DNA from: an uncultured delta proteobacterium
GTDB taxonomy: Bacteria; Myxococcota_A; UBA9160; UBA4427
NCBI GenBank assembly: GCA_963822965.1
Contig: CAWGJT010000005.1
Coordinates: forward strand, 1,088,001 to 1,152,000
Direction: 5' to 3'
Length of the DNA stretch: 64,000 nucleotides
Shown here: one piece after another, positions 1 through 10,365 of the stretch
Numbering within the stretch: the first letter of the stretch is position 1
How the letters are laid out: each line of letters opens with the position of its first letter
Made by a program: the position numbers and the translations under genes
The notes under the pieces: generated by a model
What the model saw: only the letters and a program-made list of their open reading frames with translations
Database searches by the model: none
What the model was told of the DNA's origin: nothing

Positions 1-2
1 CG

Positions 3-392
3 GGAAAGCAGATTCCGGTCTACGAAGCGCAGCCCTCCCAGACCAACGTGCTCGACTTCTTCGCCTTCCTCGAGATCACCGAGCTGCGCGGTGAGCAGAT
101 GATCGGCAACTACCGCGAGCTCTACGAGGGCTATCCCGACGTGCAGGCGTTCATGGACACCGTGATGCACGACGAGAAGTACCACGCGAACTACCTGCAC
201 GCGCAGCTCGAGACCTGGGCCGGCGAAGGCCTCGAGAAGGAGGTCGCGCAGGCCCGCAAGAAGGCCCGGGCGATCGACGGGCGCGGCTTCCGCGCGCAGG
301 TGGGCGCGTTCACCCGGGCGCTCCCCCGGATCGTCGCCTACGAGATTCGCTCGCTCCTGACGGCGGATCGCGAGAGGAGCCGCCAGACCTGA
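3..392 (+). CDS. Ferritin-like (di-iron carboxylate) domain protein, 5' truncated by window edge
   Basis: Frame open from base 3; helical with LEITE and MHDEKYH (ExxH) motifs. Confidence 0.6.
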   Translation, partial: GKQIPVYEAQPSQTNVLDFFAFLEITELRGEQMIGNYRELYEGYPDVQAFMDTVMHDEKYHANYLHAQLETWAGEGLEKEVAQARKKARAIDGRGFRAQVGAFTRALPRIVAYEIRSLLTADRERSRQT

Positions 393-528
393 GTCGATCG
401 GGCGTGGCGGCCGGCCGAGGTGCGCCGGCCCGCCGTGCCGAGCGGGATTCTGCCGCCGCGCTGCCGGCGCAGGCGGGATTTCCTGTCCGAACCGGCCCGC
501 CGTCACCGAACCGTGTTCCGTGGGCACT

Positions 529-1077
529 ATGGATGGGAAGGATGCGGACGGCTCCCACGCCGTCCTGGATCAGGGGGATCGGAACGTGCACGAGACGCGA
601 AGCGGGCGCCCCGAAGCCGCGGCGGCCATCTGGAGCTGGCAGGCGCCGTCCGACGCGACGGAGGGGGAGGCGAGCGGCAGGATTCGCCTGCGGGGTGCCC
701 TCCAGGGCCTGGCCGCAGCCTGCGTGGGCGGAGCGATCTACCACTTCCTGCCGGCGCTGAATCCCCACTTCCGGATCGTCGGCATCGTCGTGCTCTCCGT
801 CTCCTCCGTCGTCTTCCTGGCCGCGACGCTGTCTCCGAAGGGTGTCTACGCGGTCATCGAGCGCATGCTCGCGGCCATGAGCCGTCACTTCGGCCGCCTG
901 CTGAACTGGCTGGTCATCCCGCTGATCTTCTACGGGTTCTTCGTTCCCTTCGGCGTTCTCTTCCGCCGGGGCAAGCGAGACGCGCTCCAGACCTTCTACG
1001 ACGACCAGCGCGAGACCTACTGGTCCGACCGGGAGGGCGTCCGGACGGCGTCCTCGAACCGAGCGAGGCAGTACTAG
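529..1077 (+). CDS. SxtJ-like membrane protein
   Basis: TM helices; C-terminal LIFYGFFVPFGVLFRRGKRDAL...TYW..R...RQY pattern; directly upstream of carbamoyltransferase. Confidence 0.7.
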   Translation: MDGKDADGSHAVLDQGDRNVHETRSGRPEAAAAIWSWQAPSDATEGEASGRIRLRGALQGLAAACVGGAIYHFLPALNPHFRIVGIVVLSVSSVVFLAATLSPKGVYAVIERMLAAMSRHFGRLLNWLVIPLIFYGFFVPFGVLFRRGKRDALQTFYDDQRETYWSDREGVRTASSNRARQY

Positions 1078-1079
1078 CG

Positions 1080-2912
1080 ATGCGAATCCTCGGAATCTCT
1101 TGCTTCTACCACGACGCGGCCGCCTGTCTGATCGAAGACGGCGTCATCGTCGCGGCGGCCCAGGAAGAGCGCTTCACCCGGATCAAGCACGACCAGAACT
1201 TCCCGATCCACGCGATCCGCTACTGCCTGGCCGAGGCGGCCTCCTTCGACGGCCGGCTCGACGCCGTCGCCTTCTACGACAAGCCCATCCTGAAGTTCCA
1301 CCGGCTGGTCGAGACCTACTTCACGGTCGCTCCCCACGGCATGAAGTCCTTCATGGAATCGCTCCCCTCGCAGCTGCGCGAGAAGCTCTGGGTCGAGCCG
1401 AAGATCACCGGCGCCCTGGAAGAGCTCGGCGTGACCGAGATCGGCCAGATCTACTACCCGGAGCACCACGAATCCCATGCCGCCAGCGCGTTCTACCCGT
1501 CGCCCTTCGAGGAGGCCGCCGTCCTCACCATCGACGGCGTGGGGGAGTGGGCCTGCGCGACGCTCGGCGTGGGAGAGGGGAACCGGCTCGAGCTCCGGCA
1601 GCAGCTCGACTTCCCGCACTCGCTCGGGCTGCTGTACTCGGCCTTCACCTACTACACGGGGTTCAAGGTCAACTCGGGCGAGTACAAGCTCATGGGCCTC
1701 GCCCCGTATGGCGAGGGCGTGTACACCGAGCGGATCCTGCGGGAGCTGTTGGACCTGCGCGAGGACGGCTCCTTCCGCCTCGACATGAGCTACTTCGGCT
1801 TCCTCGAAGACCTCGTCATGACCAACGCGCGTTTCGACGAGCTGATGGGAGGGCCCGCGCGCACCCCCGAGACCGCGATCACGAAGCGCGAGATGGACCT
1901 CGCGAAGTCGATCCAGGAGGTGACCGAAGAGATCGTCCTCCGCATGGCCCGCCACGCGCGCAAGGTCACCGGCAAGCGCCATCTCTGCATGGCGGGCGGC
2001 GTCGCACTCAACTGCGTCGCCAACGGCAAGCTCCTGCGCGAAGGCATCTTCGACGACGTCTGGATCCAGCCCGCGGCGGGCGACGCCGGCGGGGCGGTGG
2101 GCGCGGCCCTCGCCGTCTGGTACGGCGAGCTCGGCCATCCCCGGAGCCCGGACGGCAGGCACGATGCCATGCAGGGCTCGCTGCTGGGGCCCGAGTTCGC
2201 GGACGACCAGATTCGCGAATTTCTGGACGCCCGAGGCCATCGCTACCGCGAGCTCGGCGCGGAGGAGTGGGCACCCACCATCGCGGGCCTGCTGGCCGCC
2301 GAGCACGTGGTCGGCATGCTGAACGGCCGCATGGAGTTCGGCCCGCGCGCCCTGGGCAACCGCTCGATCCTCGGGGACGCGCGCTCGCCCAAGATGCAAT
2401 CGGTGCTCAATCTCAAGATCAAGCACCGGGAGAGCTTCCGGCCCTTCGCGCCCTCGGTGCTCGAGGATCGGGCCACCGACTACTTCGAGCTGGATCGCCC
2501 CTCCCCCTACATGCTGCTCGTGGCGCCGGTGCGGGAGGAGCACCGCCTTCCCCTGCTCGGAGACGAGGCGAGCCTCGACATCCACGACTGGGTCAATCGC
2601 CCCCGTTCCGACGTTCCGGCCATCACCCACGTGGACTATTCGGCGCGGGTCCAGACGGTCTCGCCGGACACCCAGCCGCGCTACCACGCGCTGATCGAGT
2701 CCTTCGAAGCGCTCACGGGGTGTCCGCTGCTCATCAACACGAGCTTCAACATCCGCGGCGAGCCCATCGTCTGCACCCCCGAAGACGCCTATCGCTGCTT
2801 CATGCGGACCGACATGGACTACCTGATCCTGGGATCCTTCCTGCTCGCGAAGAGCGACCAGGAGACGTGGATGGAAGTCGGCAACTGGAAGATGGAGTTC
2901 AAGCTCGACTGA
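1080..2912 (+). CDS. O-carbamoyltransferase (NodU/CmcH/SxtI family)
   Basis: ILGISCFYHDAAA, EHHESHAAS, GGVALNC, EFGPRALGNRS, LKIKHRESFRPFAP, NTSFN motifs. Confidence 0.95.
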   Translation: MRILGISCFYHDAAACLIEDGVIVAAAQEERFTRIKHDQNFPIHAIRYCLAEAASFDGRLDAVAFYDKPILKFHRLVETYFTVAPHGMKSFMESLPSQLREKLWVEPKITGALEELGVTEIGQIYYPEHHESHAASAFYPSPFEEAAVLTIDGVGEWACATLGVGEGNRLELRQQLDFPHSLGLLYSAFTYYTGFKVNSGEYKLMGLAPYGEGVYTERILRELLDLREDGSFRLDMSYFGFLEDLVMTNARFDELMGGPARTPETAITKREMDLAKSIQEVTEEIVLRMARHARKVTGKRHLCMAGGVALNCVANGKLLREGIFDDVWIQPAAGDAGGAVGAALAVWYGELGHPRSPDGRHDAMQGSLLGPEFADDQIREFLDARGHRYRELGAEEWAPTIAGLLAAEHVVGMLNGRMEFGPRALGNRSILGDARSPKMQSVLNLKIKHRESFRPFAPSVLEDRATDYFELDRPSPYMLLVAPVREEHRLPLLGDEASLDIHDWVNRPRSDVPAITHVDYSARVQTVSPDTQPRYHALIESFEALTGCPLLINTSFNIRGEPIVCTPEDAYRCFMRTDMDYLILGSFLLAKSDQETWMEVGNWKMEFKLD

Positions 2913-2973
2913 ACGAGCGGATGCGAGCACCCCTGCGAAGCCCGAAATCGACGGGCGCTCCGGAGAAGCGACC

Positions 2974-3138
2974 ATGGGAAAGATGAAGTACTCGATGAAG
3001 CTGCTGCGCGAAATCACGCAGTTCTCGCAGGACAACAAGACCTACTGGCTGGTCCCCCTCTTCCTGCTGCTCCTGCTCGGCTCTCTCCTGATCGTGGGCG
3101 GGCAGGCCGTCGCGCCGCTCATCTACGCGCTCTTCTAG
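2974..3138 (+). CDS. DUF5989/SxtK-like small membrane protein (54 aa), absent from ORF track
   Basis: Translated by hand: MGKMKYSMKLLREITQFSQDNKTYWLVPLFLLLLLGSLLIVGGQAVAPLIYALF; GGAGAAG RBS; typical KxYWLxP...AP.IY.LF. Confidence 0.9.
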   Translation: MGKMKYSMKLLREITQFSQDNKTYWLVPLFLLLLLGSLLIVGGQAVAPLIYALF

Positions 3139-3146
3139 GAGAATCC

Positions 3147-4157
3147 ATGGGCGGGCCCGACCTCGAGAGCGATCTGGACATCCTGCGGTGTCCCAAGTGC
3201 CAGGGCTCGCTCGAGCTCGAGGGCGAAGCGCTCCACTGCGGCAAGTGCGTCCACCACTTCGCGGTGGAGGACGGCATCCCGATGCTCTTCTGGCCCAACG
3301 AGTGGGAGGAGGGAAGGTCCGACGTCACCGACGAGGTCAAGGCGTTCTACGAGGAGACGCCGTTCCCGAGCTACGACGACTTCGACAGCATGGAGAGCCT
3401 GCGGCGGAAGGCGCGCGAGGGCGTCTTCGCCCGCATGCTGGACGAGCAGGTGCCTCCCGGCGCGCGGATCATCGAGTGCGGTTGCGGCACGGGCCAGCTG
3501 AGCAACTTCCTGTCGAGCTCGAATCGTCGGGTCTACGGAACCGACATCTGCGTCAACTCCCTGCGCATGGGCAAGCGATTCGCGGAGTCCCAGGGAGCGG
3601 ACTCGGTGCGCTTCGTCCAGCAGAACCTCTTCCGGCCGGTCTTCGAGCCCGGGAGCTTCCACCTGGTGATCTCCAACGGCGTCCTGCACCACACGTCGGA
3701 CCCCAAGCGGGCCTTCGACTCGATCGCCCGCCTGGTGGCGCCCGGCGGCTTCATCCTGGTGGGCCTCTATCACCGCTACGGCCGCCTGGCGTGCGACGCG
3801 CGGCGCATCCTGTTCCGGCTCACCGGCGAGCGATTCCGGCGCCTCGACCAGGAGGTGGCGCGGGACGACGCCAGCGCCGCCCGGCGGGAGGCCTGGTTCA
3901 ACGACCAGTATCGCCACCCCCACGAGTCCAAGCACACGATCCACGAGACCCTCGGCTGGCTCGAGGAGGCCGGATTCTCGTTCGTGACGAGCATCCCGAG
4001 CCCCCGGCTCTTCACGCCCATCGGCGCCGACTTCGAGCTCTTCTCGCCGACGGACCCCGGAAGCCGCGTAGAGCGCTTCCTGGCCGAGGCGCTGCAGGTC
4101 GTGAGCGGCGGCCGGGACAACGGGTTCTTCGTCGTGATCGGGCGCAAGAAGCCGTAG
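3147..4157 (+). CDS. Class I SAM methyltransferase with N-terminal Trm112-like Zn-ribbon
   Basis: LRCPKC...CGKC..F.V.DGIP N-terminus; ECGCGTG motif I; SNGVLHHT. Confidence 0.85.
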   Translation: MGGPDLESDLDILRCPKCQGSLELEGEALHCGKCVHHFAVEDGIPMLFWPNEWEEGRSDVTDEVKAFYEETPFPSYDDFDSMESLRRKAREGVFARMLDEQVPPGARIIECGCGTGQLSNFLSSSNRRVYGTDICVNSLRMGKRFAESQGADSVRFVQQNLFRPVFEPGSFHLVISNGVLHHTSDPKRAFDSIARLVAPGGFILVGLYHRYGRLACDARRILFRLTGERFRRLDQEVARDDASAARREAWFNDQYRHPHESKHTIHETLGWLEEAGFSFVTSIPSPRLFTPIGADFELFSPTDPGSRVERFLAEALQVVSGGRDNGFFVVIGRKKP

Positions 4158-4235
4158 CCGGGAGCCCGCCCGCGCCCCCGCGACGGAGAGAAGCCGACAC
4201 ACGGCCGGAGCACCCGCCCGGGGGCAGCCGCCGCA

Positions 4236-5372
4236 ATGACCGAGACGAGCGGGGAAGATCACGTGTCCGAGGACGAGCCGGAGATCTCGAGGACCGCCAT
4301 CTTCGTGGGCAGGGTCGTCCTGGTCTCGTTCGCGCTGGCCCTGGGCCTGCTGCTGCTCGAGCTCCTGTTTCGCATGGCCACGCCGCCGACGCAGTTCCTC
4401 GACGACCGGACGGACGAGTTCTGGAAGGCCGAGCTGCGGCAGCGCGGGGCCGAGAGCTCGACGCCCGCGGCGGACGTGGAGTTCGATCCCTTCCTGGGCT
4501 GGCGGATGACGCGGAGCTATCGGGCCGATGGCATCCGGCACAACTCGCTCGGTCTGCGGGCGCCCCGCGAGCTCGGCGAGGTGGGCACGGCCACCCGCGT
4601 GCTCCTGCTCGGCGCCTCGATGACCTACGGCCTCGGCGTCCGCGACGAGCAGACCTACGGGGCCCTCCTCGCAGATCTCACCGGCTTCGAGACCGTGAAC
4701 GCGGGCGTCAACGCATACGGAGCCGACCAGACGCTCCTGCTCTGGGAGACGGAGGGTCGGAAGCTCCAGCCGGACCTCGTGATCTTCGAGTACCACGTCA
4801 ACTCGTTCTATCGGAACGGGCTGTCCGTGCGGGACGGACCCCGGCCGCACTTCGAGCGGGACGCGGCGACCGGGGGGTTCGCACTGCGAGGCGTGCCCGT
4901 TCCGCGGCTCGAAGCATTCGTCGCCGACGGAGGCCTGGAGCCTGCAAGCTCGTCGCGACTGGCCGACGCGCTGCGCTGGCTCGCGAGGAAGGCCCGGCGG
5001 GATTCGGCCTACGTCGACTGGGAGGGCCTGCCCGAGCTGCGGGCGCTCGACGCGTACATCCTGAAGCGGCTGCGGGACTCCGTCGCCGAGACCGGGGCGG
5101 GGCTCCTCGTGCTGGTCACCGGTCACTGCTTCGACGGTGCCCCCGTCAACGACGTCGCGGAGCGGGAGATCCTGCAAGACACGTCCCGGCTCGGCATCGA
5201 GACACTCGACACGCTCGACACCATGCGCCGGGGAGACTTCGGGAGCTACTACGCAGCCAACTGCCACTGGTCGGAGACGGGGCACCGGCTGGTGGCCGAC
5301 CAGCTCGCCGAGTACCTCGCCGCGCACCCCCCGGCGAGAAGGTCCCGCCCGGACGAGCCCGCCTCTTCCTAG
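4236..5372 (+). CDS. Membrane-anchored SGNH/GDSL hydrolase-like protein
   Basis: N-terminal TM; HNSLGLR, LLLGASMTYG (block I), NAGVNAYG, NCHWSETGH. Confidence 0.8.
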   Translation: MTETSGEDHVSEDEPEISRTAIFVGRVVLVSFALALGLLLLELLFRMATPPTQFLDDRTDEFWKAELRQRGAESSTPAADVEFDPFLGWRMTRSYRADGIRHNSLGLRAPRELGEVGTATRVLLLGASMTYGLGVRDEQTYGALLADLTGFETVNAGVNAYGADQTLLLWETEGRKLQPDLVIFEYHVNSFYRNGLSVRDGPRPHFERDAATGGFALRGVPVPRLEAFVADGGLEPASSSRLADALRWLARKARRDSAYVDWEGLPELRALDAYILKRLRDSVAETGAGLLVLVTGHCFDGAPVNDVAEREILQDTSRLGIETLDTLDTMRRGDFGSYYAANCHWSETGHRLVADQLAEYLAAHPPARRSRPDEPASS

Positions 5373-8067
5373 GCCTTCTCGGGCTTCGGGGCGAACACCG
5401 CGTCGGTCGCCTCGAAGACACCGTCCTCGAGGTCGCCGCGCTCCGCGAGGGCGTGGTCGTGGCAGCGGGTGGCGGCCAGCACGTCGTCCTGCACCCGCTT
5501 CAGGCCTTCCAGGGTGGCGGCGTTGGCGCGCAGGGTGAGGGTCTCCACCTCGCGCCCCATGGACACCTCGTCGTCGGCCTTGCACTTGTTGATGGCCGTG
5601 AACGCCGCCACCGCCAGGTCGAAGCTCGCGGGGTTGGCTGGCTCGGAAATCCCCGCGAAGTCGCTCTCGCCGGGCCAGGGGGCCTTGTGGATCGTGGGCT
5701 GGCCCTTCTCCTCGGCGAACGCCCAGGACCACACCTCCTCGGTGATGTAGGGAAGCGTGGGCGCGAACAGCCGCAGCAGCACGTCGAGCCCCAGCCGCAG
5801 GCCGGCCACCGCCGAGGCGCTGGCCAGGATCGACGCGTCGTCCGGGCAGGCGCCGTCCACCTGACGCCGGGCGCGCGGCTTCGCGAGCTCGAGGTAGGTG
5901 TCGGTGAAGCGCGTCCAGAAGAAGGTCTCGGTCGCCTGCAGCACGTGCGCGTAGTTGAACTCGTCGAAGTCCCGGGTGGACTGCAGCGCGAGCTTCTTCA
6001 GCTGTGCCGCGAAGGCGCGGTCGAGCTCGGCCGAGACGGGCGCCGCGACGCTCTCCTGGGAGAGCACGAACTTGCCGGCGTTGAAGAGCTTGGTCACCAG
6101 GCGCTTGCCGATCTTGAAGACGCTCCTCGTCGAAGGCGGTGTCCACGCCGAGGCGCGCGCTGGCCGCCCAGTAGCGCACGGCGTCGGCGCTGTACTTCTC
6201 GAGCAGCGGCACCGGCGTCACCACGTTGCCCTTGCTCTTCGACATCTTCTTGCGGTCGGGGTCGAGCACCCAGCCCGACACCATCACGTGCTTCCAGGGG
6301 ATGCTGTCCTCGTGAAGCAGCGCCTTGGCGATGGTGTAGAACGCCCAGGTGCGGATGATCTCGTGGCTCTGCGGGCGCACGTCGGCGGGGAAGAGCTTCG
6401 CGTGCCGCTCGGGGTCGAGCACCCAGTGGGAGCCGATCTGCGGCGTGAGCGAGCTGGTGAACCAGGTGTCGAAGATGTCGGACTCGGCGTCGAAGCCGCC
6501 GGGCTTCCCGCGCTGGTCGGCCTCGTAGCCCGGCGGCACGTCGACGGTGGGATCGACCGGCAGCTGATCCGCCTCGGCGACGATGGGGTTCGCGTAGTCG
6601 CGCTCCCCGAACTCGGCGAGCGGATACCAGACCGGGATCGGCACGCCGAAGTAGCGCTGGCGGGAGAGCACCAGTCGAGGGACAGGTTCTCCGTCCAGTC
6701 CCGGTAGCGGGCGTGCATGAAGGGCGGGTGCCAGTCGATCTGCTCGCCCTTGGCGAGCAGCGCGTCCTTCTTGTCGAGGAGCCGCACGAACCACTGGCGC
6801 GTGGGCAGAACTCGAGCGGGCGGTCGCCCTTCTCGTAGAACTTGACCGCGTGCTCGATCGACTCGGCTCGCCGCGCAGGGGCGCGCCGTGCCCCGTCGCC
6901 GAGGCGCTCGGGTCCCGCAGCAGCTCCACGATGGCGGTGCGCGCCTGCTTGACGCGCTTGCCCGCGAGCTCGGCGTAGACGCGTTGGCGGCCTCCGGGCC
7001 GCAGGCTCTGGAAGCCACCCTCGCCGTCCGCGTCGAAACGGATGGCCGTCAGGCGGCCGTTCGCGCCCGAGCACCTGCCGCAGCGCGAGACCCTGCTCGC
7101 GCCACCACTGCACGTCGGTGGCGTCGCCGAAGGTGCAGACCATCAGGATGCCGGTGCCCTTCTCGGGGTCGGCGAGCTCGCTCGGGAAGATCGGCACGGG
7201 CGCGAGGAAGAGCGGCGTGACGGCGCTGCGCCCGAAGAGCTCCTGGTAGCGCGCGTCGTCGGGGTGCGCCGTCACGCCCACGCACGCCGGCAGCAGCTCG
7301 GGGCGCGTGGTGGCGATGACGAAGCTCTCGTCGCCGCCCTCCACGCCGAACTCGATGTCGTGGTAGGCGCCGGGCAGGTCGCGGTCCTCCACCTCGGCCT
7401 GGGCGACGGCGGTCTGGAAGTCCACGTCCCACATGGTGGGCGCGTAGCTGCTGTAGACGCGCCCCTTCTCCCACAGGTCGAGGAACGAGTACTGGGCGAG
7501 GCGGCGCGCAGCGGTCGTCGATGGTTCGGTACTCCTCGGCGCCAGTCGACCGAGAGCCCGAGGCGACGCCACAGCTCCTTGAAGGCCTCCTCGTCCTCGC
7601 GCGGTGAGGCCTGTCGCACAGCTCGATGAAGTTCGGGCGCGAAACCAGGCGCGGCCGGCTCCTTGCGGTCCTTCGCGCTCGCCCCTTCCAGGCGCGAGGC
7701 CGGGCTCGTAGGGCGTGCTCGGGTCGCAGCGCACGTGGTAGTAGTTCTGCACGCGCCGCTCGGTGGGCAGGCCGTTGTCGTCCCAGCCCATCGGGTAGAA
7801 GATGTTCTGCCCGCGCATGCGCTGGTAGCGCGCGATCACGTCGGTGTGGGTGTAGCAGAAGACGTGGCCGACGTGGAGCGAGCCCGAGACCGTGGGCGGC
7901 GGCGTGTCGACGACGAAGGTCTCTTCCCGCGGCCGCGTCGGGTCGTAGCGGTGCACGCCGTCGCGCTCCCAGCGCTCGTTCCAGCGCGGCTCGGCCTCGG
8001 CGGGGTCGAAGTGCTTGGCGAGCGTGCTGGGGTCGATGGCACGCACCATCGGCCGGTCCTGGCTCAT
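5369..8067 (-). CDS. valS: Valyl-tRNA synthetase (short, type 2), split by about 10 single-base indels, probably sequence errors
   Basis: [56 protein letters not shown] and anticodon domain recovered across frames. Confidence 0.92.
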
Positions 8068-8307
8068 GTCTCGCTCCGGGCTTCGCGGCGACCCCGGGGC
8101 GCCGACCCCCTGGCCTGCAGGGGAAACCGGGGCCCCGGCGTCCGAATTCGCGGGGATGGCTCGTTCGCGGAGCGCGTAGGATAGGAACGGCGTCGCGCGA
8201 ATACCAGCGGACGGCCGTCCGCGGCCCTCGGACCCCGCGCGCGTAAGGCGTCGATTCCGCAGGTGAATCCGGTGCGGGGGCGGCTCCGGGCCCGATCCGG
8301 GGCCCGC

Positions 8308-8336
8308 TTGCGCCGCGCCCCCGGGCCCTCTAACTT
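8308..8336 (+). promoter_or_regulatory. Candidate sigma70 promoter of rpsN-rpmE2
   Basis: TTGCGC-N17-TAACTT, followed by AAGAGGA RBS before ATG 8359. Confidence 0.5.
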
Positions 8337-8358
8337 CCCGGCCCCCAAGAGGAATCCC

Positions 8359-8664
8359 ATGGCCAAGACGTCCCAGATCAATCGCGACAACCGCCGCAAG
8401 GCGCTCATCAAGAAGTACGCCGAGACGCGCGCCGAGCTGCGCAAGCGGCTGAACGACGCCAACGTCTCCATCGAAGAGAAGATCGAGATCCAGGAGAAGT
8501 TCGCGAAGCTGCCGCGCAACTCCTGTCCCACGCGGCTCAACCGCCGCTGCGAGATCTCCGGCCGCTCGAAGGCCTACTACCGCAAGTTCGGCATCTCGCG
8601 CATCGCGCTGCGCGACCTCACCCTGCGCGGGCAGCTGCCGGGCATGCGCAAGTCGAGCTGGTAG
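8359..8664 (+). CDS. rpsN: 30S ribosomal protein S14, long 101-aa form without intact Zn ribbon
   Basis: [10 protein letters not shown]...[35 protein letters not shown]...LPGMRKSSW. Confidence 0.97.
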   Translation: MAKTSQINRDNRRKALIKKYAETRAELRKRLNDANVSIEEKIEIQEKFAKLPRNSCPTRLNRRCEISGRSKAYYRKFGISRIALRDLTLRGQLPGMRKSSW

Positions 8665-8666
8665 CC

Positions 8667-8915
8667 ATGAAGCCCGACATCCATCCCGACTACCACGACG
8701 TCATCTTCGTCGACTCGGCGACGGGCGACGAGTGGATGAGCCGATCCACCCAGACCTCGAGCGAGACCCGCGACGTGGACGGCGTGGCGGTTCCCATCAT
8801 CAAGCTCGAAATCTCGTCGCGCAGCCACCCGTTCTGGACGGGCACGATGCGCGAGCTGGACGCCGACGGAAAGATCGACCGCTTCCGCAAGCGCTACGGA
8901 ATGAAGAAGAAGTAG
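8667..8915 (+). CDS. rpmE2: 50S ribosomal protein L31 type B (no Cys)
   Basis: [14 protein letters not shown]...[13 protein letters not shown]...[11 protein letters not shown]. Confidence 0.96.
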   Translation: MKPDIHPDYHDVIFVDSATGDEWMSRSTQTSSETRDVDGVAVPIIKLEISSRSHPFWTGTMRELDADGKIDRFRKRYGMKKK

Positions 8916-8936
8916 CGCGGCGAGTCGCCCTGCGTG

Positions 8937-8978
8937 AAACGAGAAGGCCCGGACGTCGCCGTCCGGGCCTTCTCGTTT
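8937..8978. terminator. Likely bidirectional intrinsic terminator between rpmE2 and rpmB
   Basis: Perfect 19-bp inverted repeat AAACGAGAAGGCCCGGACG-TCGC-CGTCCGGGCCTTCTCGTTT between convergent genes. Confidence 0.8.
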
Positions 8979-9012
8979 TCGGTCTCTCGCCCGCCCTGCG
9001 TCGAGCGCGGGC

Positions 9013-9318
9013 TCAGGCGGTGGCGACCTTGCGCCCCCCCGAGAGGCTCTTGCGCACCTTCCGCTTCAGCCGCAGCGCCTCCTCGGGCAGCTTGGCGTCG
9101 TCGGTGTCGAGCAGGAAGCGGTCGAGGCCGCCCTTCTTGACGACCGTACGCAGGGCGCGCGTGGAGATGCGCAGGGTGACGCTGCGGTCGAGTGCCTCGG
9201 AGTGCAGCGAGACGGACTGGATGTTCGGCGCGAAGCGCCGGTTCGTCTTGCGGTTCGAGTGGGACACGTTGTGCCCGAACTGGGTTTCCTTGCCGGTGAG
9301 CGCACAGCGTCGCGACAT
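9013..9318 (-). CDS. rpmB: 50S ribosomal protein L28 (single Cys, long form)
   Basis: MSRRCALTGKETQFGHNVSHSNRKTNRRFAPNIQ...KKGGLDRFLL. Confidence 0.97.
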   Translation of the reverse strand: MSRRCALTGKETQFGHNVSHSNRKTNRRFAPNIQSVSLHSEALDRSVTLRISTRALRTVVKKGGLDRFLLDTDDAKLPEEALRLKRKVRKSLSGGRKVATA

Positions 9319-9442
9319 CTCGAGATCCTCTGGTCCTGTCTTCGTGGGGTGGCGAGCCGGTTCGCGCGGGTCCGATCCCGGAAGGCGCCAGCCGAAAGAA
9401 TCGTTGGGTGCTCCGGGCCTGGGGGCTGCCGGAGGACGGGGA

Positions 9443-9472
9443 GGGATAGCCCACGGCCCGGCGGGGGGTCAA
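9443..9472 (-). promoter_or_regulatory. Candidate sigma70 promoter of rpmB
   Basis: Minus strand TTGACC-N18-TATCCC. Confidence 0.4.
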
Positions 9473-9593
9473 CTCGCGGCTGGATGCCCCCGGGGAAGGC
9501 GCGGATCGCGGCCCGCTCGACGCCGCCCGGAGCCCGGTAGACTCCCCCGCAAGGCGATCCCGTGCGGGATCCGAACGAGAGGAGAGAGAGGCG

Positions 9594-10358
9594 ATGTCCT
9601 TCGACGGCAAGGTGGTGCTGATCACCGGCGCCGGCAGCGGAATGGGCCGCCTGGCCGCCCGCCGGCTGGCCGAGGCCGGCGCTTCGGTGGCGGGCGTGGA
9701 CGTGAACGAGGCCGGGCTGCGCGAGACCGGGCAGGGCTGCGAGCTCTTCCGCGCCTGGCCCCTGGACGTCACCGACGCCCGCGCCGTGGCGTCGACCGTC
9801 GCCGAGATCGAGTCCGCCCTGGGTCCCGTCGACCGCGTCATGAACGCCGCGGCGATCATGCCCACCGACCTGATCCTCAAGCAGGACGCGGGCCTCATCA
9901 ACCGCATCATGGACATCAACTACGGCGGCACGGTCAACGTCACGATGGCGACGCTCCCCGGCATGCTGGAGCGCGGTCGGGGCGACCTGGTGAACTTCGC
10001 GTCCATCGCGGGCTGGGTGCCCTCCATGCACTTCGGCGCCTACAACGCCTCGAAGTTCGCGGTCGTCGCCTTCACCGAGGTGCTCTACCACGAGAACCGG
10101 AACCGCGGCGTCCGCTTCGCGTGCGTGTGTCCGCCGCCCGTGGCGACGCCTCTGCTCGACCAGGCGAAGTCCCAGCCGAAGGTGCTCGAGGGCATGCCCC
10201 CGATTCCGCCCGAGAGGGTGCTCGACGCCATCGAGCGCGATCTCGATCGCGGCCGCCTGATGGTCTTCCCCGACCGCACGGCGAGGATCGCCTACTGGAT
10301 GCGCCGGCTCGCCCCGGGCGTCATGTGGAGCGGCTCGCACCGCGCCGAAGGCATCTGA
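9594..10358 (+). CDS. SDR family NAD(P)-dependent oxidoreductase
   Basis: ITGAGSGMG, YNASK; strong GAGGAG RBS. Confidence 0.92.
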   Translation: MSFDGKVVLITGAGSGMGRLAARRLAEAGASVAGVDVNEAGLRETGQGCELFRAWPLDVTDARAVASTVAEIESALGPVDRVMNAAAIMPTDLILKQDAGLINRIMDINYGGTVNVTMATLPGMLERGRGDLVNFASIAGWVPSMHFGAYNASKFAVVAFTEVLYHENRNRGVRFACVCPPPVATPLLDQAKSQPKVLEGMPPIPPERVLDAIERDLDRGRLMVFPDRTARIAYWMRRLAPGVMWSGSHRAEGI

Positions 10359-10365
10359 GCGGCCG

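Noticed and set aside
529..5372. Saxitoxin biosynthesis cluster
   Set aside because: Only sxtI/J/K/L-like genes; no sxtA, sxtG or other core genes in the window
3135..6929. 1264-aa minus-strand ORF
   Set aside because: Chimera of a valS segment and antisense shadow caused by frameshifts and stop scarcity at high GC
5369..8067. valS as a pseudogene or programmed frameshift
   Set aside because: Motifs intact, indels numerous and irregular, and similar errors affect unrelated genes
8068..8300. T-box riboswitch upstream of valS
   Set aside because: No GGTGGNACCGCG T-box motif on the minus strand
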